Of a DNA stretch of 64,000 nt, positions 20,076 through 31,742 are shown in pieces. Numbering within the stretch: position 1 is the first letter of the stretch; each line of letters opens with the position of its first letter. The DNA is from Hormiphora californensis (Eukaryota; Animalia; Ctenophora): NCBI GenBank assembly GCA_020137815.1, contig CM035359.1:1364001-1428000 (forward strand), in the 5' to 3' direction. The position numbers and the translations under genes were made by a program. The notes under the pieces are model-generated. The model made no database searches and was not told the DNA's origin. It was given only the letters and a program-made list of their open reading frames with translations.

Positions 20076-20451
20076 TGGAAAATGTAAGAATGTAGGTGGT
20101 GAAAATCAGAGCAAAACAATGTTCTGTAAATTAGAGAAAATACATATCTATGGTGATTTGAAGTTTGTCATCCCTATTTACCTTGTTTTTTAAATGTGCT
20201 ACAACAGTAAATATACCATTTTCTCAATTTCTCACTATAATTTTCCCATTTTAGAAAATTGACTAGATATTTTGGCGCTAAAATTGACTAGCAGCCAGGA
20301 TCCCTGGATACCCGAACTTTGACACTGGGGCCTTCAGTCCATCGTCCTTAGCGTGGGCCAGGGCGATTAGTAGAACAATCAGGAACTTCATCTTCAGCCT
20401 TCTTTTCAAGTCGTTGGTAGTGGTGGTGGTGAAAGTTAGGGTAGCGAGGGG

Positions 20452-20461
20452 GTTTATATAC
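20452..20461 (-). promoter_or_regulatory. TATA box of the cathepsin gene
   Basis: GTATATAAAC on the minus strand ~60 bp upstream of ATG 20391. Confidence 0.55.
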
Positions 20462-20671
20462 TGCTCTTGTTAGCAGGAGGCTAGTAAGGTGTGATTAAAG
20501 ACAATCACGGGATTTCTTAATCAACCTTTTCAAGTGCTTCGTTTTGCTATTCCAGTACCATGTATCTAGTTATTAGCCTTTGCAGAATTGTAATTCTTTT
20601 GTTTGTTGTCGAAAAACAAAAACTCCCAAGTGAAAAGTGGAAGAAAACAAAGGTGCTTCTCACTTCTCGGC

Positions 20672-21027
20672 TAGGGCTGGCTCCAGGGGGGTGAACACCC
20701 CCCCCCCCCCCCCCAAAAAAAATTCTTGGCAGCGAAGCTGCCAAGACTGTCTGAGACCATTTGGATTGGCAAACCACCCCAAAAATACAAAATTTTCAGT
20801 AAAATTTTTGACTGATCACAACCGAATTTAAGTCACCTAGTGAACATCACTGAGTGAGAGAGAGAGAGCATTGTAGCATTCATAAATCTAGAAAGTAGAT
20901 TAAATGATTAAAAACCCTAAAATTTGCTTGATTTAGTTAAAAAATTTCCGGGGGCTTCGCCCCCTGGACCCCCCCCCCCCTTCGGCCACTGCACCCCCCA
21001 AGAAATATCGGGCTGGAGCCAGCCCTG
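20672..21027. mobile_element. hAT-type MITE
   Basis: 8-bp TSD TTCTCGGC (20664-20671, 21028-21035). TIR TAGGGCTGGCTCCAG / CTGGAGCCAGCCCTG. Confidence 0.9.
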
Positions 21028-21258
21028 TTCTCGGCAAACTAGACTCAAGTCGCACTTATTTAACGACAAATAATTGCGACGTGAGGTGGAGGACCCTCCC
21101 CTAGACCAGATCTTCAATTTACTAACTAGAACTATTGTTGAATAGTAAAATAGCCGTAAAGTAGCTCAGGCCAGTACAGCTACAAATAAAACTTTGGGTC
21201 GGGCGAAGGGAAGGTTTTTTGCGACTTGCGAGCATAACTAACAAGACGTGTAACATAC

Positions 21259-21322
21259 ATTCGGACCACGATTTACCGGGATGGTCGGGGGAAAGGGAGC
21301 CCGAAATATCGGGGTCCGACTA
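21259..21322. mobile_element. Degenerate CAGTCGGA-family MITE
   Basis: CATTCGGACCACGATTTACCGGG...ATATCGGGGTCCGACT. Confidence 0.6.
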
Positions 21323-23974
21323 TTACAGTAAGCAATTTAAGCACTGGGAACACAAAACAGTTATCATGCACACCTAGCTTACCTGACCAAAGTCATCGAA
21401 CGCTTCGTATGATGGCATATTACTGCTTTTACAAAATGTTATTATTGATAGGGTGTCATGAATATTACGTAATGTTACAGTGTATTTGCAAATTACAAGA
21501 AGGACTAAAATAAGCCGTTTAGTAAAACCAATAACCGTATAGTAACAAGAAACAGAACCAAAAACAGAGGAAGAAAACATTTAACAAGGGAAAAACAAGA
21601 AAAAGAAATTAGCTCTCCGTGTTTTCATAACACAGAAGGGTGATGGAGCGGAATCATGACCTTGTAAAGATGCGGTGTATCGTATGCCTGACAAGCAGCT
21701 TAGCATGTTACAAACAGAGCTGTCAGAAGATGTGCCTAGAGATCTGCTATATATTGTCCCACCATTCTCTCTCCACCTCTCTCTCTTTCCCTATCTCTCA
21801 ATCTCTCTGACTCTCTCTCTCCCTATCTCTCAATCTCTCTCAGTCTATCTCTTGTTGTAGTCGGATCATGTGCATAATAAGTCAGCTCCATATTGTGTCA
21901 TATCACTAAACGGCTACTTGTATAGAGTGGAGAAATGGTATTCATGGAGTTCGGAAAACTAAACCTAGAATTTGAGTAAATAACTCAAGCAAGTCGAGCA
22001 TCACTAAACTTGTGTGCTCCTTCTAAATTCTAATCGCGATAAATTGCCAGGGGTGATATGAACGACCATAAAAGGTTTTATAATCGCATTCAGTCTAACT
22101 GATCGATCAGTTTTTAATAAATTGTTTCGCCCTTATAAAACAATTTCTGTGTAGATTAAGCGCTTAAGGAATAATCAGATAAATGATTCAATTTCAATGC
22201 TAGATTTACCTGTTGTATTATTATTATTATTAAATCTGTTTACAATAATTTGACACTGTCAATATTGCCCTCCTATTTGCGAGGAAAATGGAACTCTCTA
22301 GGTCTCTTTCACACTTTCTCAGCTGTCAGATCATACAAAAAAATATAAAATGTCGATTAAAATACTGATTAGATAATGATTAAAATATATTGTAAATTGA
22401 TTAAATAAGTTAGTTAAAAATTCACTCCGTGGAGTGCGATTCGTACACAGTGTGTACGTCTCGGGCTGGTCAGTTATACATTTACAATTAATTAGAATAT
22501 AAACCCATTACACAAGCAGTTGATCCCCAAATAAAGATTGTTCTATTACAGCTCTTACTAGCTTTCTAAAGTTCGATTTTACCTGCTTGTCTTTGGAGAA
22601 AATTAGTGGAAGATGGAAGTTCATTTCATAAGAAGATATCACCCTTAGTTCCTCACGGGGCCCTTCCACATCTTTTATCGCAGAACATTCAAACAACTTG
22701 TGGAATGTTGAATCTGGGAGTTGGCCACATTCAAGACAATTGGGAACTGTAAGTGATCGCTCGTATCTCAGGTAACTGAAGCTGAAGTCTTGAAAACGTA
22801 AGGATCTGCCATGTACAAAGTCTAAGACCTGAGATGAGTTCTGTCGGGACATGTTTCTTGGAATTATGGGGAAATCCAAAGTGGCCTCTGAGTTGATAAG
22901 GTTGGCGAGTTCTTCTTGAGAGTGAATAGGAAGTATGCTGAAAGGGTCATCTCGAGTCAAATGGTTAATCGATGATTTGAGTGACCGGTCCCATAAACTA
23001 CATGTGTACTGTCTCATTTCCTCTTTTGAGTACAGAAAAGTGTCCGGCTCTAAACTTCCCAAGTTAATAGTTCTGATTGAATCTCTGTTAGAATCCTGGA
23101 TCTGGACACCGTCTAGTTGAGTCGACTTCCAAACCAAATATCTTTTGGTAGCAGCAATCTGCCAGAAGAACACATGATTTTGTTCCGCTTCAATTTGTAG
23201 TAGTTTAGCTGATATATTATCTTTAGCTGCAAGGCCTTTTAGGACAAATTTGGTTACCACTGTTTCCACAAGAACGTCAATAGGAGGCACGCATGCTAGG
23301 AGTTCTGACAGAGGTTTGGCTATGTGAACTTGTCCCCCTGTTATCTTCAGCCGTGCTCGGGAAAGAAGATCTCCGAAGAAGTCCGTTCGCTGTCTTAACC
23401 AAACTGGTGCTGCATAAAGGATCTTTGTCAAGATTACTGTTCTGAATAGTAGCGAAAGCCCCGAACTGTTAATCCCTGTCAGTCGACCAGTCATTGAGGT
23501 TAATGTGTTCCAGTTAAACCAGCATCTTTTCAGTACATCAGCAGCATGAGTCATGAAATTTAGGTTACTATCAATGTAAACCCCAAGGACTTTACTATTC
23601 TTGGCAAAAGAGACAACTTTATTTCCAATCTTCAGTTGCTGAGGTGATGCACTATCATCTGATGAACCCCTTGGTCTGATGATGACAATCTCTGTTTTAT
23701 TTCTATCACAGTTCACCGCTAGTCTCCACTTCCGACACCAGTTGTGAATGTAGTCCAAAACTATTGCCATAGTTCTCTCGCATTGAGTCTGGTCTCCAAA
23801 AACCAACACAGATCCGTCGTCGGCGAACTTGAATGCTTCAGTCCTACATCTCACCTCCTCCGGCAGATTTTTGGTGCAGAGTAAGTCAGAGATGTAGAGA
23901 ATGAATAGGATTGGAGAGAGGACTGCCCCCTGGGGAAGGCCTACTCTTCCACACCTACGGAGTGGGCCAAGAAC

Positions 23975-24690
23975 TTGGTAACGAAGTTACCCCTCCCTTG
24001 CCGGCGCGGCGTGCGAAGCACGCCAAACGAAGGCCGCGAAGCGGCCTGAGTAGGGGTAACAAACCCGCTTTGATTCACTTCAAAAATTAATAGCTCCTCA
24101 ACCACTCAATGAAAATGCACCAAATTTTAGTATTCCCCACCAAATTGTCTGAAAATTATAATTATGTACTCATATTTAAAAAATTATCCCCGGAACCTTG
24201 GTTTTGAAATCAGTTTTAGGTGTTAATGATGAAAAAATTTTTTGAAAAAGTAGGTCAGGTATGCTTAACATCATATCAAAGATCGTGGCAAAGTTTGAAG
24301 TTTCTATCTTGAAAGGTCTGGCCATCAAAATTAAAAAGGTCTTGAAGTTGAACCATTTGTACAAAACATGTTGTAACTCAGCTTCTACTTTGCCAAATTA
24401 AACCTGGTTTGAAACAATGAACTGCTAATCTATCCCTCCGAATACGGACGAAGTTTGAAACCGCCAGCTCTATTGGCCGCTCTGCAATACTTGTTTGTGT
24501 CAAAGAAATCAGGAAAGTAACGAGATTTGGTCTCGGTGTGGCCCTGTGCGCGGCTCAAACCCCTTAGCTAGAAGTATGTAGTGTAGACTACAACTTTTCA
24601 GTGCTCAGTATAACGTTTTGGGCGCGCTATAAAAATAAGGCAAGCCCTTCTGATACCTCTAATCAGAGTGTGAGGTGTCTTCGATACCAA
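23975..24690. mobile_element. 716-bp non-autonomous TIR element with 9-bp TSD (Mutator-like) in the RT domain
   Basis: TSD GCCAAGAAC (23966-23974, 24691-24699). TIR TTGGTAACGAAG / CTTCGATACCAA. Confidence 0.85.
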
Positions 24691-25974
24691 GCCAAGAACT
24701 CCATTGATCTTCAAACGAACACTTCTTTGTGAAAGCATGTTGTCGATAAGGTTCAACAGCATTCCATTGATTCCAAGTTTATGGAGCTTCACAATCAAAC
24801 ATTCATGGGGAACTGAGTCAAAAGCTTTTTGGAAATCTATACACAACAGAAAGGCTGTCAGCTTTCTTCTGCGTGTTTCATGAACGGTCGATAGCAGCTT
24901 GAAGAGATAGCGAGTGGTGTTTCGTGCCGGTAGGAAGCCCTCTTGTTCCTCATCTGGTATTAATTCCATGGCGCAAAGATCTTTAATTCTTTTGTCCATA
25001 ACCCTTTCAAGCATCTTTCCGATGTACGAAGATATTGTGATGGGTCGGAAGGAACCTGGTTTTACATAGGACGACTTTCCAGGTTTCTGGATGAATGTAA
25101 CGTAGGAAGAGTTCCACAGCCATCGACCCAGCTTTAGGCATCTCGAAAACATATCGGCTAAGTACTGCACAGTTCTGTGGCGAAGGTGTTTCAGCATGGT
25201 TGGGTGGATACCATCTCCGTCCCAGGCTTTACCACTCGCTTTCATAGAGCTGATGGCTGCTGATACTTCGTCGGCGGCTACTGGGCGATTGAGTTGATCC
25301 TCCGGGTCGTGATGTTCGTCATCCTCTATCTCGTTCTTCAAACGAGCATAATCCTCAGTTATTCCGTCGAGGTGAACATCGTCAAAATCCTCACATTGTA
25401 GGTGTTTACCAGTAAAATAGGCATCAAAGAGGATGAGATCTTTTTCAGAGTCAAGGTGCAGAAGATCTCCGTTTTGGTTTTCTAAACATCCAATAGTATT
25501 CTCCTCTTTGGCAAGGAACATTCTGCGATATTGCTCCCAGAATTCACTGCATTCTTGGACATTGAGACCGTTTAGTCGCTGGTGAATCCACTCGTTTTTC
25601 TTCTTAATCAGCGCCTCCTTGAAAATATCTTTGGCTTGCTCCACTGCTTCTTTGTTGATATTAGTTCTTCTATAGCGCAGCCTTTTCTGAGCATCTCTGA
25701 GTTTTACAGACAACTCTGACAATTCAGGAGTCCAAAATGGCCGGGAATGTTTGCAAATGGTCTTTGTTGGGATGTGGCTCTCGTTGGAAGATTTTAAACA
25801 GTCTAAAAAGTTGTGAAGCATACTGTCAGGAGATTCAGTAACAGATGGAGGATGTTCACAAAGTACACTCTCAACTTCAAGGGACCAGAGCTTCCAGTCA
25901 GTTCTGTCGAGATCAGGTACCTCTCTTTTTGAGGCTCTTGAGTTCTGGAAATTCATTTCTGTAAAAACTGGGGC

Positions 25975-27980
25975 GTGTGTGTGTGTGTGTGTGTTTTGCA
26001 CCGCCCGTCATTCCACCCACTTTACTGCCCCACAATGGTCGGCAGACAACCTATATTAATATCACTCTTCGCCACCGTCCCCCACACGTAGGGATAATGT
26101 TGATGTTGTTCCGGTTTGGGTCCTGGTATTTTGTTGAGCAAGCTCAACATTTCCCTCGAACCTTCGCCGGCATCACAAGAAGAGCCTTTGATACAGTGAA
26201 TCTAATATTAGACTGACATACCTATATTGTCAGGACAATGGATGGAATTTACCTGTCTCACAGACTGGTCTTTGGTTACTACTGCTCCAGGGAGCTGTAG
26301 AGGTAGGTGGGTTGCCGGATATGACAATACCGTGGGTTCACCATCTAATCGGTGACGGCTGAAATATCTTATCACACCTCAGGTCTTTGGTCAAAACCGC
26401 TAGCAGTACTTATCAGCATGCAACCTGGGGGTCCGGACAGCTAATTTCTTAGCAAGCACAGATAAGCATGAAAAACGCTTATGTAAACTTCTGGTGAGCA
26501 TTTGGCAAATTATCAGCTCCCAGGGGTTGCACTATTGCGGGGTAATTACTTGCCATACGGCGGAGGTGGCCCTTTGTTATGGCCCAGAACTGCCCTACCT
26601 TAATATTGGGACCCTTATGATGTGGTTTTGTGGAATTCCCCGGCCGTAGCGATTCTTGCCCTGTGGTTCGCTACTTCTTTCAGATCGGGATGGTTGGGGA
26701 TGGTTTATTCGAATAGGTTACTTCTGTATACTAATTTGGAGAATTTGTGCAGATCCAGTGTGTTGCTGGGAGTGAGAATGTTGTTGATGATATCTTGGTA
26801 GTCGAGTTTGTATCGTAGCTCATCTAGGTCTGGGCAGTGGAGGAGCTTGTGTTCCGCATTCTCTTTGACTTTGCATAAGTCACAGAGGTTGGATATGGAT
26901 TTGTCTTTGTTTGAGATGGCGCTGTTTAGGTTGTTTTGTCCGGAGATTGCCAGGGTTAGACTTCTGAGGTATGGTTTTTGAGAGAAGTTTAGTTTGGGGT
27001 GGTCTCTGATGAGTTTGTAGAGCAGCGTGGTTGTCCAGTTGGAGTAATTGGCCTTCTCGATTTGTTTTATGAATTTCTTTGTGCAGTCTTCTTTCATTAG
27101 CGATATGAGTTGGGTTTTGGTTAGGCCGAAGGGGTTTGCGGTGTTAAGACTGTCTTTGGTTGCTCTTTTGGCGATTAGGTCCGCGGCCTCGTTACCGGGG
27201 ATGTTGGAGTGGGCTTTAACCTTCTGAATTGTTACATTGTTGTAGATTTGTAGTTTATGGAGGTTGTTGATTGTGGAAATTAACTGGTTCGAGTTTGTCT
27301 GTCCCTTCACAAGATTAGTTAGGGTGGTTTTGGAATCTGTATGTATGGTAATGTTCATGTACTTGGTGTCATAACTCAGTAAATTGATGGCTACCATATT
27401 TATTGCTTGAAGTTCAGCTTGGTTGATTGTGTTGATTGGGGAAAGAGTTTGGATTATAATTTTGTACGAGGAATCGTACAATATTATGGCTCCGGCACCC
27501 GTGACTGGGCCCGGCTTTGTGTCCATTTTTGAACCGTCAGTATATATTTCGATATTTCCGTTTGTGACTATATTTTGGTTTTCGGAGAAATGGATAAGTT
27601 GGGTGGAAGTAATGTCCAGTTCTGAACCCGGGTTTAGGTGGCGCAAGTAGTTTTCTATGTCTTTGGAGTGGGTGAGTCTGGCTCTTGTACCGTGGTTTGG
27701 GTCTGACCACCAGTTGTTGTTGCTAATGAGGTGGATGTAGTTGTTAATTCTTTCTTTGTTTAAGAGAAAGACAAGAGGCTCTACACCGGCGAGCTTAGTC
27801 AGTGTTGCTGACTGAGTATGTTTATGGCCGCCTGTGATCTTACGGTTGACGGCGTTTTGGACCGTTTGCATCTTTTGGAGTGCGGTTTGGTTATTCAGGA
27901 TCGTGTGACCCCAGATACCGCCTGCGTATAATAGATTTGGCATAATTATCTGGTTGTGGACGTGTCTGGCTTGGTCCAGG
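25975..27980 (-). mobile_element. 5'-truncated RNase H-bearing non-LTR retrotransposon with (AC)n tail, nested in the LINE endonuclease
   Basis: ORF 26705-27943 has IYTDGSK, NQAELQAI, IHTDS, VKAHSNIPGNEAADLIAK and a CDLC..H.LLHC zinc motif. ~700-bp 3' UTR ends in an (AC)n tail. Imperfect duplication CACGC(A)CCC at the junctions. Confidence 0.85.
26705..27943 (-). CDS. C-terminal fragment of retrotransposon ORF2 (RNase H + CCHC)
   Basis: RNase HI catalytic motifs D-E-D-D in the supplied 412-aa ORF. Confidence 0.8.
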   Translation of the reverse strand: MPNLLYAGGIWGHTILNNQTALQKMQTVQNAVNRKITGGHKHTQSATLTKLAGVEPLVFLLNKERINNYIHLISNNNWWSDPNHGTRARLTHSKDIENYLRHLNPGSELDITSTQLIHFSENQNIVTNGNIEIYTDGSKMDTKPGPVTGAGAIILYDSSYKIIIQTLSPINTINQAELQAINMVAINLLSYDTKYMNITIHTDSKTTLTNLVKGQTNSNQLISTINNLHKLQIYNNVTIQKVKAHSNIPGNEAADLIAKRATKDSLNTANPFGLTKTQLISLMKEDCTKKFIKQIEKANYSNWTTTLLYKLIRDHPKLNFSQKPYLRSLTLAISGQNNLNSAISNKDKSISNLCDLCKVKENAEHKLLHCPDLDELRYKLDYQDIINNILTPSNTLDLHKFSKLVYRSNLFE

Positions 27981-28465
27981 GTGCGTGACCCCGCGATGGG
28001 AACCCTGTAAAAAGGGTGTAGGCCGCCTCTTCGTCAACCCAAGGGTGCTGCTGGATGCCAGCATTCCCGAACATAAGTCCTATGTCAATCACACTTCCCC
28101 CGTTGTTACAAAGAAATGTATTTCTACCGGGCGAAAGGGCTACACACTTTTCCGTGTCACAAAATTCCAGCAGCTGTTTTCCCTCCTTATTAGTTTGCCT
28201 GTCACCTAGGGGAATGCATCGTGCATTTAGATCTCCAAGAACAAGTAAAGAACGGATGCCAGAGGATTTACAGAGCGCCCAAGCATTTCTGATAACATCG
28301 AGGAGTGGAGATAAACTGTTGCTGGGGGAACGGTAGACAGATCCTACCATCAATGGCTTGTTGTCGATCTGGATGGTTGCGAAGACAGCACCAACTAGGG
28401 CGGATTCAAGTTTGTGGATGCGCTGTGGCTTTAAATCAGGGTTTATGGAGAGTGATACTCCCCGG

Positions 28466-29145
28466 CCCCGTTCGAATTTTGGTCCTATCTATAGTATTAA
28501 ACTGGCAGCATCCTGATCTAAAATAAGCAGAATTTTCAGCATTTTAGTCCGCCAATGTGCTGAAAATTCCTCTCAATCACATTCTTGCAGTACTGCAGCA
28601 GTGTGAATGAGAGAGAAAGAGAGAGAGAGAGAGGGGGAGAGGGGAGGGAGATGGAGAATATGTGTTGGTTGGCGCCAGTTGTGCGTAGTGCACCGACAAC
28701 AGTCTAGAGGGGGAAAGGGGGAGATTAGAGAGATTCATACATTACCATTGCAATTGAATTGGCTCTCTCTCTCTCTCTCTCTTTTTCAGCGCGACCAGTT
28801 CAACCAATCTGCTGAAAATCGTGCTGAAAACTGACCATTTCAACCAATCTGCTGAAAATCGTGCTGAAAACTGTTGTCGGTGCATTACGCAAAACTGGAA
28901 CATTCCCCAGCATATTCTGTCTCTCTGTCACACACAACCAGCACATAATATCCCCAGATATCTCTCTCTCACTCTTCAGTCTTTCACATTCACTGCACCA
29001 CCTATATTTTCAGCAGAATTTTCAGCACATAATATGTAGATGAAATTTTTGAATTGTAAAAATCAGCATTCTCGTTAAAAAAAATCAGCATCCTGGGAGA
29101 CATTTCTTTCCAATTGGTTGGCAAATTTTGAATTTTCGAACGGGG
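28466..29145. mobile_element. 680-bp MITE with 8-bp TSD in the LINE endonuclease
   Basis: TSD CTCCCCGG (28458-28465, 29146-29153). TIR CCCCGTTCGAA / TTCGAACGGGG. Subterminal GCTGAAAA repeats. Removal restores SADRGVSLSI. Confidence 0.85.
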
Positions 29146-29317
29146 CTCCCCGGTCGGCAGAAACTCCAAAGGTCTTCATATTAGTGAATGTGTTAACAGC
29201 AGGTGAGGTTCCCACCTCCTGCAAGGCGAGTATGCTAATACGTCTTGTATAACATAAACGATCTACTGCAATTGCAGATTGAGGACTAAGACCGCTCACG
29301 TTTAATTGACACAAACT

Positions 29318-30751
29318 AACCATAGTGCATTTTTGAGAGAATAGGGCAGTTCATTGATGTGGCGGAATGGTTGCGGTCCCTACTGTTAACACAGTTTGAG
29401 CACTTTAGACGAGATGAATCCCCAGTTGATATAACAGGACAATCCACAGGTTTGTGATCCTCAGAGCAATGAGGACAACAACGTTTCTGTCTACACCAGC
29501 AGGCTGGGTGACCAAACTGGAAGCAGTTATAGCACTGGTTGCTTTTCGGAGATCTCGTATCTTAACGTATTGCCTTATCCGACATGATTGGTAATCTAAT
29601 CGGAGTCCAGAACTTATAGCAGCATCTCGTCCTTGTTCAGTTTCAAAGATTATCATTACTGAAGATGTAGGTGTGCGACTTCTACCGAGCATTCTCCGTA
29701 CATGGGTGGGCTTGACACCCAGTTTGACCTCCAGACTTTCTGAGATTTCAGCTTCCAAAACTGAAGGGTCCACATTCTCAGCTACGCACTTGTGACCTCC
29801 CTCAGACAGAATGGATGCACGTGTTGATTTATCAACACTAGCAAAGAAGTTAGGCTTCCAATCACGAACGACAGTTTCTGCATCTTCACTTGAAGTCATC
29901 TCCAATAGAAGATAACCCCGCCTTGTCGGCTTGACCTGGGAGATTACAATGTTAGGGTAGTATTTGTGAAATTCTTTCGAAGTTAAATATCCCTGCTTAA
30001 TGAACTTTTCATAATCTGTGACTCCTCTTACTATAACTGTTCTCTTAGCATCACACAAATTAGATCGGTTTGCACCATGAGAAGAGTTCTTAAAACTGTT
30101 ATTTGTGCCCTTAAAAACTTCTCTCTGAACATTTACAACTCTCTGTGAATCACCACACTCATCAACACTTGGTTTGGCCCTGACAATGGCTTGTGAACCG
30201 AGAGCTGTTGCGTAGCTCTGGTTAATGGATTTACTCATCTCCTCCAAGAAAGACGATACTTTAGTGTCTATCGCATGTTCAAAATTGTCTAAGCGGTCTT
30301 CTAGTACCCTCTGAGTAAGTACAGACGGTTCGTTGCTCGTACTCTTAATAGTACAGTTCAGTTCATCGTCCCTACAGCTGGGACAAAACCATGCTAAACC
30401 CTCGTATTCGTTTATCAGCAAACAGGTTTTATCATCATCTAGAACGGCAGAACAGTCACTATTTCGGCATGTTACAGTATACTCTCCATTGATGGTTGAC
30501 GGGGCATTAGATGCCTGCTCATGTAGATCGTCCAAAAGTTCAAGCGTGAGACAGTACGCACTCCTCAATAACTGTAGTATATCAGTACGGCTGGGCTTGG
30601 AAGAAGGGGGATTTGGTGATCCCTTGGTGACATAAGTCATTAACCCTTTCTGTTCAACTGCGGCTTTCAACGCAAGAAATCCATCGTGGGTGTCTCGAAC
30701 AGTTTTCATATCGGGGTTATCCTCCCCGTTCTTCTTTTTCGTTTTAGTCAT
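29318..30751 (-). CDS. LINE ORF1 (PHD-like finger, RRM-like region, three CCHC-type zinc knuckles after a frameshift)
   Basis: CRNSDC...WFCPSC. After a frame change near 29545 the sequence reads QCYNCFQFGHPACWC...CPHCSEDH...C...CSNC...H...C and ends overlapping the ORF2 ATG. Confidence 0.8.
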
Positions 30752-31463
30752 GTTTCTGCCCTTAGGGGCGGCTAGTGGGTCGCCATCCTCAAATTAATTT
30801 GTTTAAAGTAGTGTTGAAAAGTTTGAAACCTGTTGTAGTCTATACAGTTAACAAGATAAACAAGGATGAAGGACCGGGACTAGGTCCGGGCCAAGGACGG
30901 GATAATCCGGACAGCGAACAACAGTGAAATTAATTAACGGTAACGATTCCTGATCATTGATCAAAGTCCCGGCCGGTTCTTGAGGGCGAGCATAAGTCAT
31001 TACAAGGCAGGTCAAATAATAAATATGGGTGATGGGTGGTGCCATAGCCCTGTGCCGGGCTTGAGACCCACAGGGCTGATATATGAAGGCTCAGCTTCAT
31101 CTTTCCCTCCCCCCAGTCGGCCACCCACTTTGTGGCGCCAAATTTTGACGTATTTGGCCATAACACAACCATTTCTTGGCCAAATTGCTTCATCTTGGAA
31201 AGATGGCATCCAGCTCTTTCCACAAAGCACAAGTTTTAGCCATTTTGTCGAAGAAATGGCGGAGCTATGGCGCGAAACGCCTTAGAACGCGCATTTTGCG
31301 GCAGTGCGGCACAACTCCGCCATTTTTGCACCGACCTTCATTTTCTTGAGCTGTATGGAAAGAGCTTGATTCCCTCTTTCCAACGAGCCCAAGATGAAGC
31401 AATTTGGCCAATTAATGGCTGAGTAACTTGGTGTCTGCATAAAAATCACAACCGGAAACGGAT

Positions 31464-31630
31464 GAGCATACTCGGAAATGTTCAGGTCGAGCACATGAAG
31501 GTCGAGCACAAGGTCGAGCACAAGGTCCGGTCAATGTCAGCACTTTTTTTCGCGCTGCGGCTCAACGGCGGTTCAACGACGCGCAGTGGTCAGACCTTGT
31601 GCTCGACCTCGTGCTCGACCTTTCATACGA
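31464..31630. repeat. GAGCATACTCGGAAATGTTCAGG terminus with GGTCGAGCAC subterminal repeats
   Basis: Inverted counterpart at 36050-36291. Confidence 0.6.
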
Positions 31631-31742
31631 CGTGCGCGCCGTGAAATCTCGCGCGAAATTCCCACAGAGTTGATCTCCGCGTCAGCCGTTTCTCCCATCA
31701 AGTCACAGACAAACAGACAAACATTCGCGCCCTGGCGTCAAT

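Larger units (their letters stand above)
19469..20329. mobile_element. 861-bp non-autonomous DNA transposon with 8-bp TSD inside the cathepsin CDS
   Basis: TSD GCCTTCAG at 19461-19468 and 20330-20337. TIR CCCAGTGTCAAAG / CTTTGACACTGGG. Removal restores KDDGLKAILQS. Confidence 0.9.
18745..20391 (-). pseudogene. Papain-family (C1A, cathepsin L-like) cysteine protease, disrupted
   Basis: Signal peptide MKFLIVLLIALAHA, I29-like prodomain (EEGMRFRLFKLN, ALNMFST), catalytic QGSCGSCWTF, then DGCNGGWP. Interrupted by a TIR element at 19469-20329 and a frameshift near 18940. Similarity ends ~18745, before the catalytic His/Asn. Confidence 0.85.
22508..29323 (-). pseudogene. LINE ORF2 (APE endonuclease + reverse transcriptase), split by insertions
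   Basis: APE motifs QLNVSGL, ILALQEV, VYRSP, LGDLNA, TFLCNNGGSVID, GHAP. RT motifs RPITISS, QEGF, IDFQKAFDSV, GLPQGAVLSP, FADD. C-terminal CLECG...H..FEC. Frame is restored on removing 28466-29145, ~25975-27980 and 23975-24690. Confidence 0.9.
22395..30840 (-). mobile_element. Near full-length non-LTR retrotransposon (LINE; ORF1 + APE-RT ORF2) with three nested insertions
   Basis: ORF1 30751-~29318 and ORF2 29323-22508 in pieces, followed by a short structured, AT-rich 3' end. Outer boundaries are approximate. Confidence 0.9.
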
